Source: Oscillospiraceae bacterium (GTDB lineage: Bacteria; Bacillota; Clostridia; Oscillospirales; Acutalibacteraceae). Taken from it: a stretch of DNA of 64,000 nucleotides. The stretch is taken from NCBI GenBank assembly GCA_028697255.1, contig JAQVFM010000001.1, positions 9,789 through 73,788 of the forward strand, read 5' to 3'. The notes below the pieces were generated by a model, which saw nothing but the letters and a program-made list of their open reading frames with translations, ran no database searches and was not told the DNA's origin. Positions 1-9,181 of this stretch are shown piece by piece. The translations under genes and the position numbers were made by a program. Position 1 is the first letter of the stretch, and each line of letters opens with the position of its first letter.

Positions 1-2
1 TG

Positions 3-188
3 CGTACATTAAAAGATGATCGAATTACAATATTCTCCACTCACATCATGGATCTTGCGCTTGATTTGTGTGATGTGATTGTATTGTTAAGCCACGGTGA
101 TCTGGAAATCGTAGCAAAGGAAAACATGGACAGCCAAGAGTTTAAGAAAAGGATCCTTGCGGCATTGCGGGAGGATGGTCATGAATAA
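3..188 (+). CDS. ABC transporter ATP-binding protein, C-terminal fragment (5' end outside window)
   Basis: Frame +3 is open from the window edge. The peptide ...ITIFSTHIMDLALDLCDVIVLLSHG... matches the H-loop/C-terminal region of ABC ATPases. The TAA stop at 186-188 overlaps the ATG at 181 of the next gene. Confidence 0.7.
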   Translation, partial: RTLKDDRITIFSTHIMDLALDLCDVIVLLSHGDLEIVAKENMDSQEFKKRILAALREDGHE

Positions 189-1752
189 AACGCTGCGCAT
201 GTCTTTTTCACTTAAGAATACTTATCGTGTCAACAGTATTCTTTATTCAATAAAACAGATTCCATTGATTAAAAAGCTGCTTCCCGCCACTCTATATAGT
301 GTGCATGGATTAAAGGTTTTTGCAAATATCATTTCAGTGTTTTGGGAAATCATTTCGGGATTGCTTGGCAAGCTACTGTATATTTTGCTGATGGTAGTAG
401 TAACCGGAGGACTGTATGAAGCTGCGCCGAAAGACAGATTGTTTGTTCATATGCTGCTGTTTTTGTCAATCATCGGTGCGATTAACAACACATACATGTT
501 CAACCCTACTCGAGATAAGTACTATGCTATGTTTCTAATGCGTATGGACGCAAAAGAATATACACTCATCAACTATGGATACGCTATGCTCAAGATGTTT
601 GTCGGATTTTTGATTTTCGGTGTGATATTTGGTATTGGCGCCGGAGTTCCTTTGTTAATTTGCATTCTATTTCCGTTTTTCGTGGCGGGACTGAAGATGA
701 CAGTCGCTGCTTATTCCTTGCAAAAATATAAAAAAAAGGGTATATCAATTAAAGAGAATACGCTTGGTAAGCCGGGATGGGTATTAATAATCTTGCTTCT
801 TGCTGCGGCTTACGGACTTCCCGCCGCTGGCTTTGTGCTCCCCCTCTCGGTAGCGGTGGTATTTATGCTTTTGACTGTTCTGGCCAGCGTGCCATCCTTT
901 TTGAAAATCCTCAGCTTCAAAAGTTATCGTGAAGTCTATCAGGATATACTGAACCAATTTTTAAATCAGATTGATGCTGCAAAAAAGGTTAAACGGAACA
1001 TGCATGATAAAAATATTTCCGCCGACACCAAAATATCCAGTGGGAAAAGCGGCTTTGAGTATCTGAATGAGCTTTTTATCAAACGGCATCAGAACATCTT
1101 ATGGAAATCCACCAAGAAGATTACTCTTGTGTGTCTTTGCTTGATATTGGGCGCTTTGCTGGCGTTTTATCTGTTACCGGAAATAAAAGATAAAACCAAC
1201 GAATTGTTGTTGACCTATTTGCCGTATATGGTGATTGTCATGTACGCTATCAACCGTGGAACCGGTTTTACTACAGCGCTGTTTATGAATTGTGACCACA
1301 GTCTATTGACCTATTCATTTTATAAGCAGCCTAAATTTATTTTAAAGCTGTTCCAAATACGTCTGCGAGAGATCATGAAGGTGAACCTCCTGCCGGCAAT
1401 GGTTATTGGCATAGGGCTGGCACTGTTGCTTTATTTTTCGGGCGGCACGGACAATGCTCTCAATTATTTAGTTCTGATTATGTCTGTTCCTGCATTAAGC
1501 GTCTTCTTTTCCGTGCATTATCTCACAATCTACTACCTGTTGCAGCCATATAACATGGGAACAGAGATGAAAAGTGCAACCTATCAGATAGTTCACACTA
1601 TTACATATGTAGTTTGTCTTAACATTATTAGGTTCAAGATGATGACAATTGTGTTCGGCCTGACGACGATTACATTTTGTGTATTGTATTGTATCGTAGC
1701 GAGCGTCCTTGTTTACAAGTTCGCACCTAAGACATTTAGGCTGAGGGTATAA
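181..1752 (+). CDS. Polytopic membrane protein, putative permease partner of the upstream ABC ATPase
   Basis: Long ORF with many hydrophobic helices. The ATG at 181 (MNKTLRMSF) overlaps the upstream stop, which suggests translational coupling. I recognised no family motif. Confidence 0.55.
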   Translation: MNKTLRMSFSLKNTYRVNSILYSIKQIPLIKKLLPATLYSVHGLKVFANIISVFWEIISGLLGKLLYILLMVVVTGGLYEAAPKDRLFVHMLLFLSIIGAINNTYMFNPTRDKYYAMFLMRMDAKEYTLINYGYAMLKMFVGFLIFGVIFGIGAGVPLLICILFPFFVAGLKMTVAAYSLQKYKKKGISIKENTLGKPGWVLIILLLAAAYGLPAAGFVLPLSVAVVFMLLTVLASVPSFLKILSFKSYREVYQDILNQFLNQIDAAKKVKRNMHDKNISADTKISSGKSGFEYLNELFIKRHQNILWKSTKKITLVCLCLILGALLAFYLLPEIKDKTNELLLTYLPYMVIVMYAINRGTGFTTALFMNCDHSLLTYSFYKQPKFILKLFQIRLREIMKVNLLPAMVIGIGLALLLYFSGGTDNALNYLVLIMSVPALSVFFSVHYLTIYYLLQPYNMGTEMKSATYQIVHTITYVVCLNIIRFKMMTIVFGLTTITFCVLYCIVASVLVYKFAPKTFRLRV

Positions 1753-1769
1753 TGCTATTTACAATGACT

Positions 1770-1821
1770 AAAACACGTGGACGTCAGACTTTTAAAACTC
1801 AGTCTGACGTCCACGTGTTTT
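1770..1821. terminator. Bidirectional intrinsic terminator between convergent genes
   Basis: Perfect 21-bp inverted repeat AAAACACGTGGACGTCAGACT / AGTCTGACGTCCACGTGTTTT with a 10-nt loop. A and T runs sit on both sides. It lies between the permease (+) and ptsH (-). Confidence 0.8.
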
Positions 1822-1848
1822 CATATGTTATAATAATAAACCGAATCG

Positions 1849-2112
1849 TTATTCCGCAAAGCCGGAATTTACCAGAGAGACTAGCCCTTCGACTGCTGCT
1901 TCCTCATCAGTGCCGTCGGCAATAATCCGAATATCGGTACCGCCAACAATGCCCAGTGATAGTACACCGAGCAGGCTTTTGGCATTTACGCGGCGCTCAT
2001 CTTTTTCTACCCAGATAGAGGACTTGTACTCATTTGCTTTTTGAATAAAAAAAGTAGCAGGACGGGCATGAAGTCCAATCTGGTTTTGCACCTTAACGTC
2101 TTTTACATACAT
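1849..2112 (-). CDS. ptsH: Phosphocarrier protein HPr
   Basis: 87 aa. It carries the His15 motif GLHARPA and the Ser46 motif NAKSLLGVLSLG typical of Firmicute HPr. Confidence 0.9.
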   Translation of the reverse strand: MYVKDVKVQNQIGLHARPATFFIQKANEYKSSIWVEKDERRVNAKSLLGVLSLGIVGGTDIRIIADGTDEEAAVEGLVSLVNSGFAE

Positions 2113-2192
2113 AAAAAACTCCCTCTCAATACAACAAGACCCGCAAGATTATGCTATATTGCTTTACCGCAAAATACTAAATCGCTAAAAAT

Positions 2193-2220
2193 AGTATACC
2201 ACAAATGAATTCTTCGTCAA
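2193..2220 (-). promoter_or_regulatory. Sigma-A type promoter for ptsH
   Basis: Minus strand reads TTGACG, 16 nt, TATACT, with TG immediately upstream of the -10 box (extended -10). It lies about 80 nt upstream of the ptsH ATG. Confidence 0.5.
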
Positions 2221-2338
2221 TGCATCTTTGGATAAATGGCGAATTTTTGGATTCATGCCCTATTTTCTTCAATTTGTTAAGCCAACGGTTGTAAAAAATG
2301 ACATATGCGGTTAACAAATTTTTAGTAATAATAAAGTA

Positions 2339-3088
2339 TTATTGCTGTTCGTCTGATTGTTCTTTTTTTAATTGTTCTATTAAAATTTTATCTTCTTCGG
2401 AAAGTTTTGCATTTTCAAGCAACTCGGGGCGAAGTCGAAATGTGCGTATAATTGATTGCTTACGACGCCATTCGGCAATTTTCGCGTGGTGGCCCGACAT
2501 TAGTATTTCGGGAACAGGACGGTCTTCCCATACGGCGGGACGGGTGTATTGCGGGTATTCAAGCAGGCCGGAAAAATGGCTTTCTTCTATAAAACACATC
2601 TCATCGGATAATACGCCGGGAACCAGTCGTGCAACGCAGTCCAAAAGGACAAGTGCTGGCAATTCTCCTCCTGTTAGTACGTAGTCTCCGATTGATATCT
2701 GCTCGTCGACAAAAGCGTCAAGAACCCGTTCGTCAACACCCTCGTAGTGGCCGCAAAGCACACAAAGGGCTGGCAGTTTTGAAAGCTCCAGCGCATGGGA
2801 CTGTGTCAAAACCTTGCCCTGAGGTGACATGTAAATAAAGTGCGGCCTAAATTTCATCTGGCTGCAAACTGCTCTAAAGCAGTCGGCTATGGGCTGCGCA
2901 TTCATTACCATACCCATTCCACCGCCATAGGGTGCATCGTCAACCTGCTTTTGCTTATTTTTAGTATAGTCTCTGATTTGGTGGGTGTGCACATCAATAA
3001 TGCCTTTGCTACGGGCGCGTCCGATAATGCTTTCGCTCAGTACGGCTTCGCACATTTCGGGAAAAAGAGTCAAAATATCAAATCTCAT
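2339..3088 (-). CDS. trmD: tRNA (guanine37-N1)-methyltransferase TrmD
   Basis: MRFDILTLFPEM..., PYGGGMGMVM and CGHYEGVDERV are TrmD signature regions. The ATG at 3088 overlaps the rimM stop. Confidence 0.92.
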   Translation of the reverse strand: MRFDILTLFPEMCEAVLSESIIGRARSKGIIDVHTHQIRDYTKNKQKQVDDAPYGGGMGMVMNAQPIADCFRAVCSQMKFRPHFIYMSPQGKVLTQSHALELSKLPALCVLCGHYEGVDERVLDAFVDEQISIGDYVLTGGELPALVLLDCVARLVPGVLSDEMCFIEESHFSGLLEYPQYTRPAVWEDRPVPEILMSGHHAKIAEWRRKQSIIRTFRLRPELLENAKLSEEDKILIEQLKKEQSDEQQ

Positions 3089-3596
3089 TATCAAACAATC
3101 CTTTAATCGGGCGAATTCGCAAAGCGCCCCCGTCGATGTCGGTTTCTATGATTATTGAGGATATTGCAGGCACCAGCACCTCTTTACCCTGAGGCGTTGC
3201 GACATGGTAAACGTCATTGGCACCGGTGAAGCTTATATCGGTTAGTGTACCAAAATTTTGGCCGCTGTCGGCATCCGTTACCTGCAAGCCGAGCAGATCC
3301 TGAATAAAATAAGTGCCATCTTCGAGCGTTATATCCCGGCGGTCAAGATACAGTATACGTCCGCGCAGTGCCGCCGCGTCCTGCACAGTATCAATACCCT
3401 CGATTTTAACAAGGGCGATGTTGTTTTTATGAGCGCGGCATTTGACGTTAACCGCCGAGCGCCCTTCATCAAAATATAAAACTGTGAGTTTTTCGAGGAT
3501 TTGGGGTGAATCACACCATGAATCAACGCGCACTTCACCGCGTATGCCGTGAGTGCCAACAATTTGCCCTGCCTCTAAATATTGTTTTTTCGGCAT
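3078..3596 (-). CDS. rimM: 16S rRNA processing protein RimM
   Basis: N-terminal GTHGIRGEVRV motif, 172 aa, immediately upstream of trmD as in the conserved rimM-trmD arrangement. Confidence 0.88.
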   Translation of the reverse strand: MPKKQYLEAGQIVGTHGIRGEVRVDSWCDSPQILEKLTVLYFDEGRSAVNVKCRAHKNNIALVKIEGIDTVQDAAALRGRILYLDRRDITLEDGTYFIQDLLGLQVTDADSGQNFGTLTDISFTGANDVYHVATPQGKEVLVPAISSIIIETDIDGGALRIRPIKGLFDNEI

Positions 3597-3626
3597 GTTT
3601 TCCTCCCCTTAGCATCCAAAAGCAGT

Positions 3627-3682
3627 CAATTGCGTTATATAATCTGCGGGCGAACTGTGGTCGCCCGAGAATTTCGCGATCG
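3627..3682 (+). repeat. Leader-plus-GC-hairpin repeat unit (REP-like family, copy 1)
   Basis: Reads AATTGCGTTATATAATCTGC-GGGCGA-ACTGTGG-TCGCCC. It aligns with the copies at 7458, 37291 and 61649. Confidence 0.7.
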
Positions 3683-3697
3683 GATATAATTCCGGTA

Positions 3698-5296
3698 TTA
3701 TAGCGTTTTAAACAGCTGTGTTCCTTTTATTTTAAGAAGCCGATAGAGTATGACATCTGCTGTAAATGCCGCAAGAGTAATAACCACTAATCCAATTGTT
3801 TGTAATGAAGACGGTATTTTTACAAGGCCAACAAGCAGCAATATTGACACCGCCATTCCGCCCAATACAGTGATGGTGACCGGTAGACTTTGTTTTATTA
3901 CGGTAGTCTCTGTCGTCCATGTGAAGTTGGGATGCAAAAGGTTCATTAAAAGACCAAATTCTGCTGTTAATACCGCAAACGCTATGGGTGTTAATATTAA
4001 GAATAAGACCTGCAGTGCATTGATGGGCAGCGCTAAAGCTAACAATACAGCGCTTATCACTGCAGCCGGAATTGTTATGGTGAGGTTGACAAGCAGTTTT
4101 GACTTGAATATGGTATCAGCGCTTATGGGCAACGATTTGATAATCCATAGGCTGGTTCCCTCAAGTGAAATCGAGCATGAAGTGGTACAGCTCATACATA
4201 CCATAACCGTGATAATCATGGGGGACATTGTCACTAAAAGGTCGGCAAACCCGGGCGCTTCAATCAACATTTCTAACTGTACCGGCTTGAAAAACAACAA
4301 GGCAATGCCGAGTATCAATGCAAGAACCATGCCTGTAGCGGTGTTGAGAACATAGAGCGGAGAAGAAAAATAGCGGCGAAGCTCGCGGCGATAAAGTGCC
4401 ATCAGTGCCGACGATACTTTGAGAGTGGTAATACGGTAATTTGATCGGGCACGGCTTGTTGTAAGTGCTGTGTTAATAATGTTGTAAAAGCGTGAAAGCA
4501 CCAATGCAAACACTAAAAACAAAGCAAGAGATGAAATAACAAACACAGCTAAAGAAACGATGCTGCTACTGCATAAAGCTTTTGTGTATAAGCGTGCCGG
4601 CGGATACATTTTGTATGCGACGTTCATTATTGCATCGCTTGATGTTTCGGGCTGAATTATCATAGTTTGTACGCTTGTCGAAAATGCAATGGCTGCAATT
4701 GTCACGGCAAGCATTACCACAATGCTGATTATATTGGCATGACGGAATTTTGACGAAACCGCGGTAACAAGCGATCCGATAGCTGTTCCGATAATCATTG
4801 GTATAAGAGGAATAAACAATATCAGTACAGGCAAAAACCAATAATATGTTGCCGGCGGTGAGGCAAAGAATAAATATACAATTGCCGACGGGATGTTGAT
4901 TAAAAGACAAAATCCCACATTCATCAAATATAACACAGCCAGCCTCGATGCTACGACAACACGCGTTCTTACAGGCAGAGCCATTGTCATGTCAAAATCC
5001 TTAAAACCGAATATAAGCCCGTTTGTTTTGTATACTGTGGTGATAAATGTGACAACCGATGAGGCCGCCATCATCAATGCCGGCAATAGCTCGGGCACAC
5101 CTGCCTTGCTGAACATGTCGGCAAACATAAAATCATAAATAATTAGTGAAAAAAGAAGTGATGCACCGACAAACACCATCAATATTGCAAAGCCGATAAG
5201 CTTTCTCTTTTCCTTTTTGTCACGGGATTTAATCATTTTGTTAATCCCAAACGCGCTCATAAGCTGTACGCGTACTAAAGCCCATAGTTTATTCAT
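3698..5296 (-). CDS. Large polytopic ABC-exporter-type permease
   Basis: 532 aa with at least 10 hydrophobic segments. Its start overlaps the stop of the upstream ABC ATPase (5293-5296). The architecture resembles 'putative ABC exporter' permeases. Confidence 0.6.
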   Translation of the reverse strand: MNKLWALVRVQLMSAFGINKMIKSRDKKEKRKLIGFAILMVFVGASLLFSLIIYDFMFADMFSKAGVPELLPALMMAASSVVTFITTVYKTNGLIFGFKDFDMTMALPVRTRVVVASRLAVLYLMNVGFCLLINIPSAIVYLFFASPPATYYWFLPVLILFIPLIPMIIGTAIGSLVTAVSSKFRHANIISIVVMLAVTIAAIAFSTSVQTMIIQPETSSDAIMNVAYKMYPPARLYTKALCSSSIVSLAVFVISSLALFLVFALVLSRFYNIINTALTTSRARSNYRITTLKVSSALMALYRRELRRYFSSPLYVLNTATGMVLALILGIALLFFKPVQLEMLIEAPGFADLLVTMSPMIITVMVCMSCTTSCSISLEGTSLWIIKSLPISADTIFKSKLLVNLTITIPAAVISAVLLALALPINALQVLFLILTPIAFAVLTAEFGLLMNLLHPNFTWTTETTVIKQSLPVTITVLGGMAVSILLLVGLVKIPSSLQTIGLVVITLAAFTADVILYRLLKIKGTQLFKTL

Positions 5297-6003
5297 TCTT
5301 CAATCAGCTCCATGAACACGTCTTCAAGGCTTTTGTCACCCGTTACGGTGGCAACATCTCCACACGCAATCAGTTTACCACTTTTAATAATTGCAACCTT
5401 GTTACACAGCTTTTCTGCAACATCCAAAACATGAGTAGAAAAAAATATTGAGCTTCCTTGCCTGCACATTTCACGCATGATTCCTTTTAATGTGTGTGCA
5501 GCTTTGGGGTCAAGCCCGACAAAAGGCTCGTCAAGTATCATAAGCTTTGGGCTGTGAATGAGTGCCGATATAACAGCAAGCTTTTGTCTCATTCCGTGGG
5601 AATATGAGGATATCAAGTCGCCAAGGCTTGGAGTCAGCCCGAGTGCGTCAGCAAAAGTCTTGATATTTTCCTCCCGCTGCAGCTTGCCGATTGAGTATAT
5701 ATCGGCAATAAAATTTAGATATTGAATGCCGGTAAGATATCCGTACAAATCGGGGCTGTCCGGAATATAGGCCAAGATTTTTTTGCAGCCGACGGGGTCT
5801 TTTTTAATCGACATATCGTTTATCAATATGTCGCCCTCATCAAAATCCATCACGCCTGCAATGGCGCGTATTGTTGTGGTTTTGCCGGCGCCGTTATGGC
5901 CGACAAATCCGAAAATATCTCCGCTGTCAACAGTTAGGCTGAGATTGTCGACTGCTTTAATGCCGCCTTTATAGGTTTTTGAAAAGTTTTTAATCTCAAG
6001 CAT
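5293..6003 (-). CDS. ABC transporter ATP-binding protein
   Basis: Walker A GHNGAGKTT, signature YSHGMRQKL (LSGGQ-like), Walker B LMILDEP, H-loop STH. Confidence 0.88.
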   Translation of the reverse strand: MLEIKNFSKTYKGGIKAVDNLSLTVDSGDIFGFVGHNGAGKTTTIRAIAGVMDFDEGDILINDMSIKKDPVGCKKILAYIPDSPDLYGYLTGIQYLNFIADIYSIGKLQREENIKTFADALGLTPSLGDLISSYSHGMRQKLAVISALIHSPKLMILDEPFVGLDPKAAHTLKGIMREMCRQGSSIFFSTHVLDVAEKLCNKVAIIKSGKLIACGDVATVTGDKSLEDVFMELIEE

Positions 6004-6032
6004 TTACTTGCCTCTCCTTATGATTATCAAAT

Positions 6033-6713
6033 TTACTCCTGATTTATACCGTACTGATTAAGATAATTCTCCATTTTTTCCTTGATACAATCATCAACAA
6101 CAATTTTGCCGTCAATCGGCCGGTTGTGAAGTGTTTCGATTATTTCACGCACATTGACAATAGGATATGTGTCGATGCCATATTCTGCCTTGATCTCCTG
6201 AATTGCCGACAACTCGCCTTGTCCGCGTTCCATGCGGTCGACCGAAACGACTAAACCTGCAATCTCTACATTGGCGGCGGCTTTGAGTACGGGCAGGCAT
6301 TCACGTATTGCTGTGCCTGCCGTGATAACATCTTCAACGATTACAACTCTGTCACCCGATTTAAGGCGATATCCCACCAAAGAGCCGCCCTCACCGTGGT
6401 CTTTTATTTCTTTGCGGTTAAAACAATAGTTTATATTGCGCCCATATTGTTCGGCCAACGAAATTGCACTGGCAACCGCAAGCGGTATGCCTTTATATGC
6501 AGGGCCAAACAACGCGTCGATGTGCTGGGGAAAATGCAGATTTATGCATGCGGCGTAATATTGGCCTAACTTGGCCGCCTGCGCACCTGTGCGGTAATTG
6601 CCCGTGTTGATAAAATATGGGGTTTTGCGTCCGCTTTTAGTGATGAAATCGCCAAAAGTCAACACACCGCTTTTTACCATGAATTCAACATATTCCTGCT
6701 TGTACGACATCAT
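6033..6713 (-). CDS. pyrE: Orotate phosphoribosyltransferase
   Basis: PRPP-binding loop VVIVEDVITAGTA. The N-terminal FGDFITKSGRKTPYFINTG is typical of the roughly 225-aa clostridial PyrE form. Confidence 0.85.
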   Translation of the reverse strand: MMSYKQEYVEFMVKSGVLTFGDFITKSGRKTPYFINTGNYRTGAQAAKLGQYYAACINLHFPQHIDALFGPAYKGIPLAVASAISLAEQYGRNINYCFNRKEIKDHGEGGSLVGYRLKSGDRVVIVEDVITAGTAIRECLPVLKAAANVEIAGLVVSVDRMERGQGELSAIQEIKAEYGIDTYPIVNVREIIETLHNRPIDGKIVVDDCIKEKMENYLNQYGINQE

Positions 6714-6884
6714 ATCAACTCCGACGCCGCCATTTATATATTAGCATTAGGCGGTTAATTTATCATTACTATGAATAATTATATGTGATGTTTTCCAATT
6801 TCGCAAGCATAACGTAATACCCGGTAGAATATCGGCAGGATTGGTGGTAGAATAAAAACATATGACAAAAAGGTGGTATTTTTC

Positions 6885-7448
6885 ATGGCCGAAGTAAATC
6901 TAAAAGAGATTGAACAGCAGACAAGAGCTGCTCTAACTGAACTTCTTCAGTCGGCTCGTCTTTCTCGGGGTGATATTTTGGTGGTTGGGTGCTCGTCAAG
7001 CGAGGTAGCCGGCAAGAAAATAGGCACTGCTTCAAGCCGGGAAATAGCACAGGCAATATTATCAGGCATTAGCCCTGAACTTAAAAAGCAAGGAATATAT
7101 CTTGCAGCGCAATGCTGTGAGCACCTTAATCGTGTGCTTATTGTCGATCAAAGCGTTGTAAAAGAATACGGGCTTGAGCAGGTCAATGTGATGCCCGTAC
7201 CCGGCGCAGGCGGCTCGTTTGCGTCGGCTGCATATGAGGAGCTTGAACGCCCTGTGGCGGTTGAATCGGTTGCCGCCCATGCGGGCATGGATATCGGCAA
7301 CACGCTTATAGGAATGCATCTGCGCCCGGTGGCTGTGCCGGTCAGGGTTGCGGTTGATAAAATTGGCATGGCACAGCTTGTCTGTGCCCGAACCCGCCCC
7401 AAATTTGTAGGAGGCGCCCGTGCTGTATATAATGATAGCTTGTTATAG
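6885..7448 (+). CDS. UPF0340 / TIGR01440-family protein (YwlG-like)
   Basis: LVVGCSSSEV..GKKIG motif region and a size of about 187 aa. The ATG at 6885 is 8 nt after a GGTGG RBS. Confidence 0.65.
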   Translation: MAEVNLKEIEQQTRAALTELLQSARLSRGDILVVGCSSSEVAGKKIGTASSREIAQAILSGISPELKKQGIYLAAQCCEHLNRVLIVDQSVVKEYGLEQVNVMPVPGAGGSFASAAYEELERPVAVESVAAHAGMDIGNTLIGMHLRPVAVPVRVAVDKIGMAQLVCARTRPKFVGGARAVYNDSLL

Positions 7449-7457
7449 AGTTCATAG

Positions 7458-7534
7458 TCGATTGCGTAATATGCAGATTTGCAGGCGAGCGCAGTTCGCC
7501 CCTGCAAATAGTTGCCCGTGCATTTCGCAATCGA
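7458..7534 (+). repeat. Leader-plus-GC-hairpin repeat unit (copy 2), nested palindrome
   Basis: Outer arms are TCGATTGCG...CGCAATCGA. The middle arms are ATTTGCAGG/CCTGCAAAT. The core is GGCGA-GCGCAGT-TCGCC. Confidence 0.75.
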
Positions 7535-7677
7535 TTAGTAGACTTTGAAAAAGAATGATTGACAGCACAGTCTTAGAAGTCAAAGTCCCATTAAATCATA
7601 CAAACTTTTATTAAGTTATGACTAAATATGTCCCCTCGTGCATATATTCAGTACCAGAAGGCATGGAGGTGCTGGCA

Positions 7678-8928
7678 ATGAAGATATTAAAATATATGCT
7701 GGTGGTACTGTTATGTGCCGCATTAATAATGGTGGGGGTTCCTGCTGTGTCAGCTCAGCAGGAGGGTACAATCATAATTGATATTGAATCGGGCGAAACA
7801 GCAGAAGAATTATTAAGCACCGATGTGCCCGCTTGGGCGTCATCGGACGTAGAAGTGCCCACAAATGCCAATGCAATTGAAATTGGGGGCAAGTCCGCAA
7901 TTTTGATGGAGCTGTCCAGCGGACAGGTGCTGTTTGAAAAAAATCCGCATGAAAGGCTGCCTATTGCATCTGTCACAAAGGTTATGACTTTGCTTTTGAT
8001 TATGGATGCATTGGACAGCGGGATTATCAAGCTTGAAGATACTGTTACATGCTCAGAGCACGCCGCATCGATGGGTGGTTCGCAAATTTGGCTTGAGCCC
8101 GGAGAAATTATGACGGTACATGATTTGATAAAAGCGATAGCAGTTGTTTCGGCTAATGATGCCTGTGCTATGATTGCCGAATATATCAGCGGTTCCGAGG
8201 AGGGATTTGTCCAGAGTATGAACGAGCGTGCCGCAGCGCTGGGCATGAACAATACTCATTTCACCGATTGCTGTGGACTTGATGACGAGGCATATTCGAC
8301 AGCGAATGATGTTGCGTTGATGTCTCGTGAGCTGATAAAGTATAAAAAGATTACAGAGTACACGACAATTTGGATGGATTCTTTGCGAAACGGCAAATCT
8401 CAGCTTGTCAATACAAATAGGTTGATACGTTTTTATCCCGGCGCTACGGGGTTAAAAACAGGAACAACAAGTAAAGCGGGGCATAATTTAGCGGCTACCG
8501 CAGAGCGCGACGGCATGGGGCTGGCTGCGGTTATTCTCGGATGCAAAACCTCGGACGAAAGGTTTGGCGGCACAAGGAAAATGCTTGACTACGGTTTTGC
8601 AAACTATACAATATATACTCCAAAAATTGATAAGAATGCATTGACTCCCGTAAAGGTTTTGCGGGGTGTTGAAGAAATGGTAATACCCAAAATGGATGAG
8701 CTTTTGCCGCTGCTGATAAAAAAAGGGCAGGACAAAAAAATAACACAGACATTAACGCTTGCCGAAGATTTGGAGGCGCCCGTATATGACAGACAGGTAA
8801 TCGGAGAGCTTGTGCTGATGATTGAGGGCAGTGTTGCAGCAAAGTATAAGGTTTATGCTTCGCAAGCCGTTGAACGATTGGGTATTTTCAAAGCGTTTAT
8901 AAGGATACTTAAGGCTCTGATTAGTTGA
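7678..8928 (+). CDS. D-alanyl-D-alanine carboxypeptidase (class C low-MW PBP)
   Basis: SxxK (SVTK), SxN (SAN) and KTG (KTGTT) motifs in the correct order, with a signal peptide starting MKILKYMLVV. The GGAGGTG RBS precedes the ATG at 7678. Confidence 0.85.
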   Translation: MKILKYMLVVLLCAALIMVGVPAVSAQQEGTIIIDIESGETAEELLSTDVPAWASSDVEVPTNANAIEIGGKSAILMELSSGQVLFEKNPHERLPIASVTKVMTLLLIMDALDSGIIKLEDTVTCSEHAASMGGSQIWLEPGEIMTVHDLIKAIAVVSANDACAMIAEYISGSEEGFVQSMNERAAALGMNNTHFTDCCGLDDEAYSTANDVALMSRELIKYKKITEYTTIWMDSLRNGKSQLVNTNRLIRFYPGATGLKTGTTSKAGHNLAATAERDGMGLAAVILGCKTSDERFGGTRKMLDYGFANYTIYTPKIDKNALTPVKVLRGVEEMVIPKMDELLPLLIKKGQDKKITQTLTLAEDLEAPVYDRQVIGELVLMIEGSVAAKYKVYASQAVERLGIFKAFIRILKALIS

Positions 8929-8949
8929 TACTGTTGTTCTAAAAAAGCG

Positions 8950-8974
8950 ACCCGGATAATTTCCGGGTTTTTTC
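8950..8974 (+). terminator. Intrinsic terminator after the DD-carboxypeptidase gene
   Basis: ACCCGGA-TAATT-TCCGGGT followed by TTTTTT. Confidence 0.7.
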
Positions 8975-9092
8975 TTGACATAAACAAGCCATATGATGTG
9001 ATGCCCTTTTAGCACAGAATTTGGATGTTTTTTACAGCATTGTATCTGCAAATTAAAATAGGTGAATTTTTCTTGAATTTTGTTTTGTGTTG

Positions 9093-9121
9093 TTGCATTG
9101 AGTCGATGGATATTGTACAAT
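9093..9121 (+). promoter_or_regulatory. Sigma-A type promoter for pgi
   Basis: TTGCAT, 17 nt, TACAAT, about 60 nt upstream of the pgi ATG. Confidence 0.45.
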
Positions 9122-9181
9122 AATATCAATACAAGAAAAAGTTTCGGTTTGGTAAATGCAACGCTTTGGGAGGAATTTTAT

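Noticed and set aside
2298-3106. Plus-strand ORFs (128, 69 and 88 aa) overlapping trmD
   Set aside because: They lie antisense to a confidently identified trmD. They have low-complexity Ser/Arg-rich translations and no RBS. They are typical shadow ORFs.
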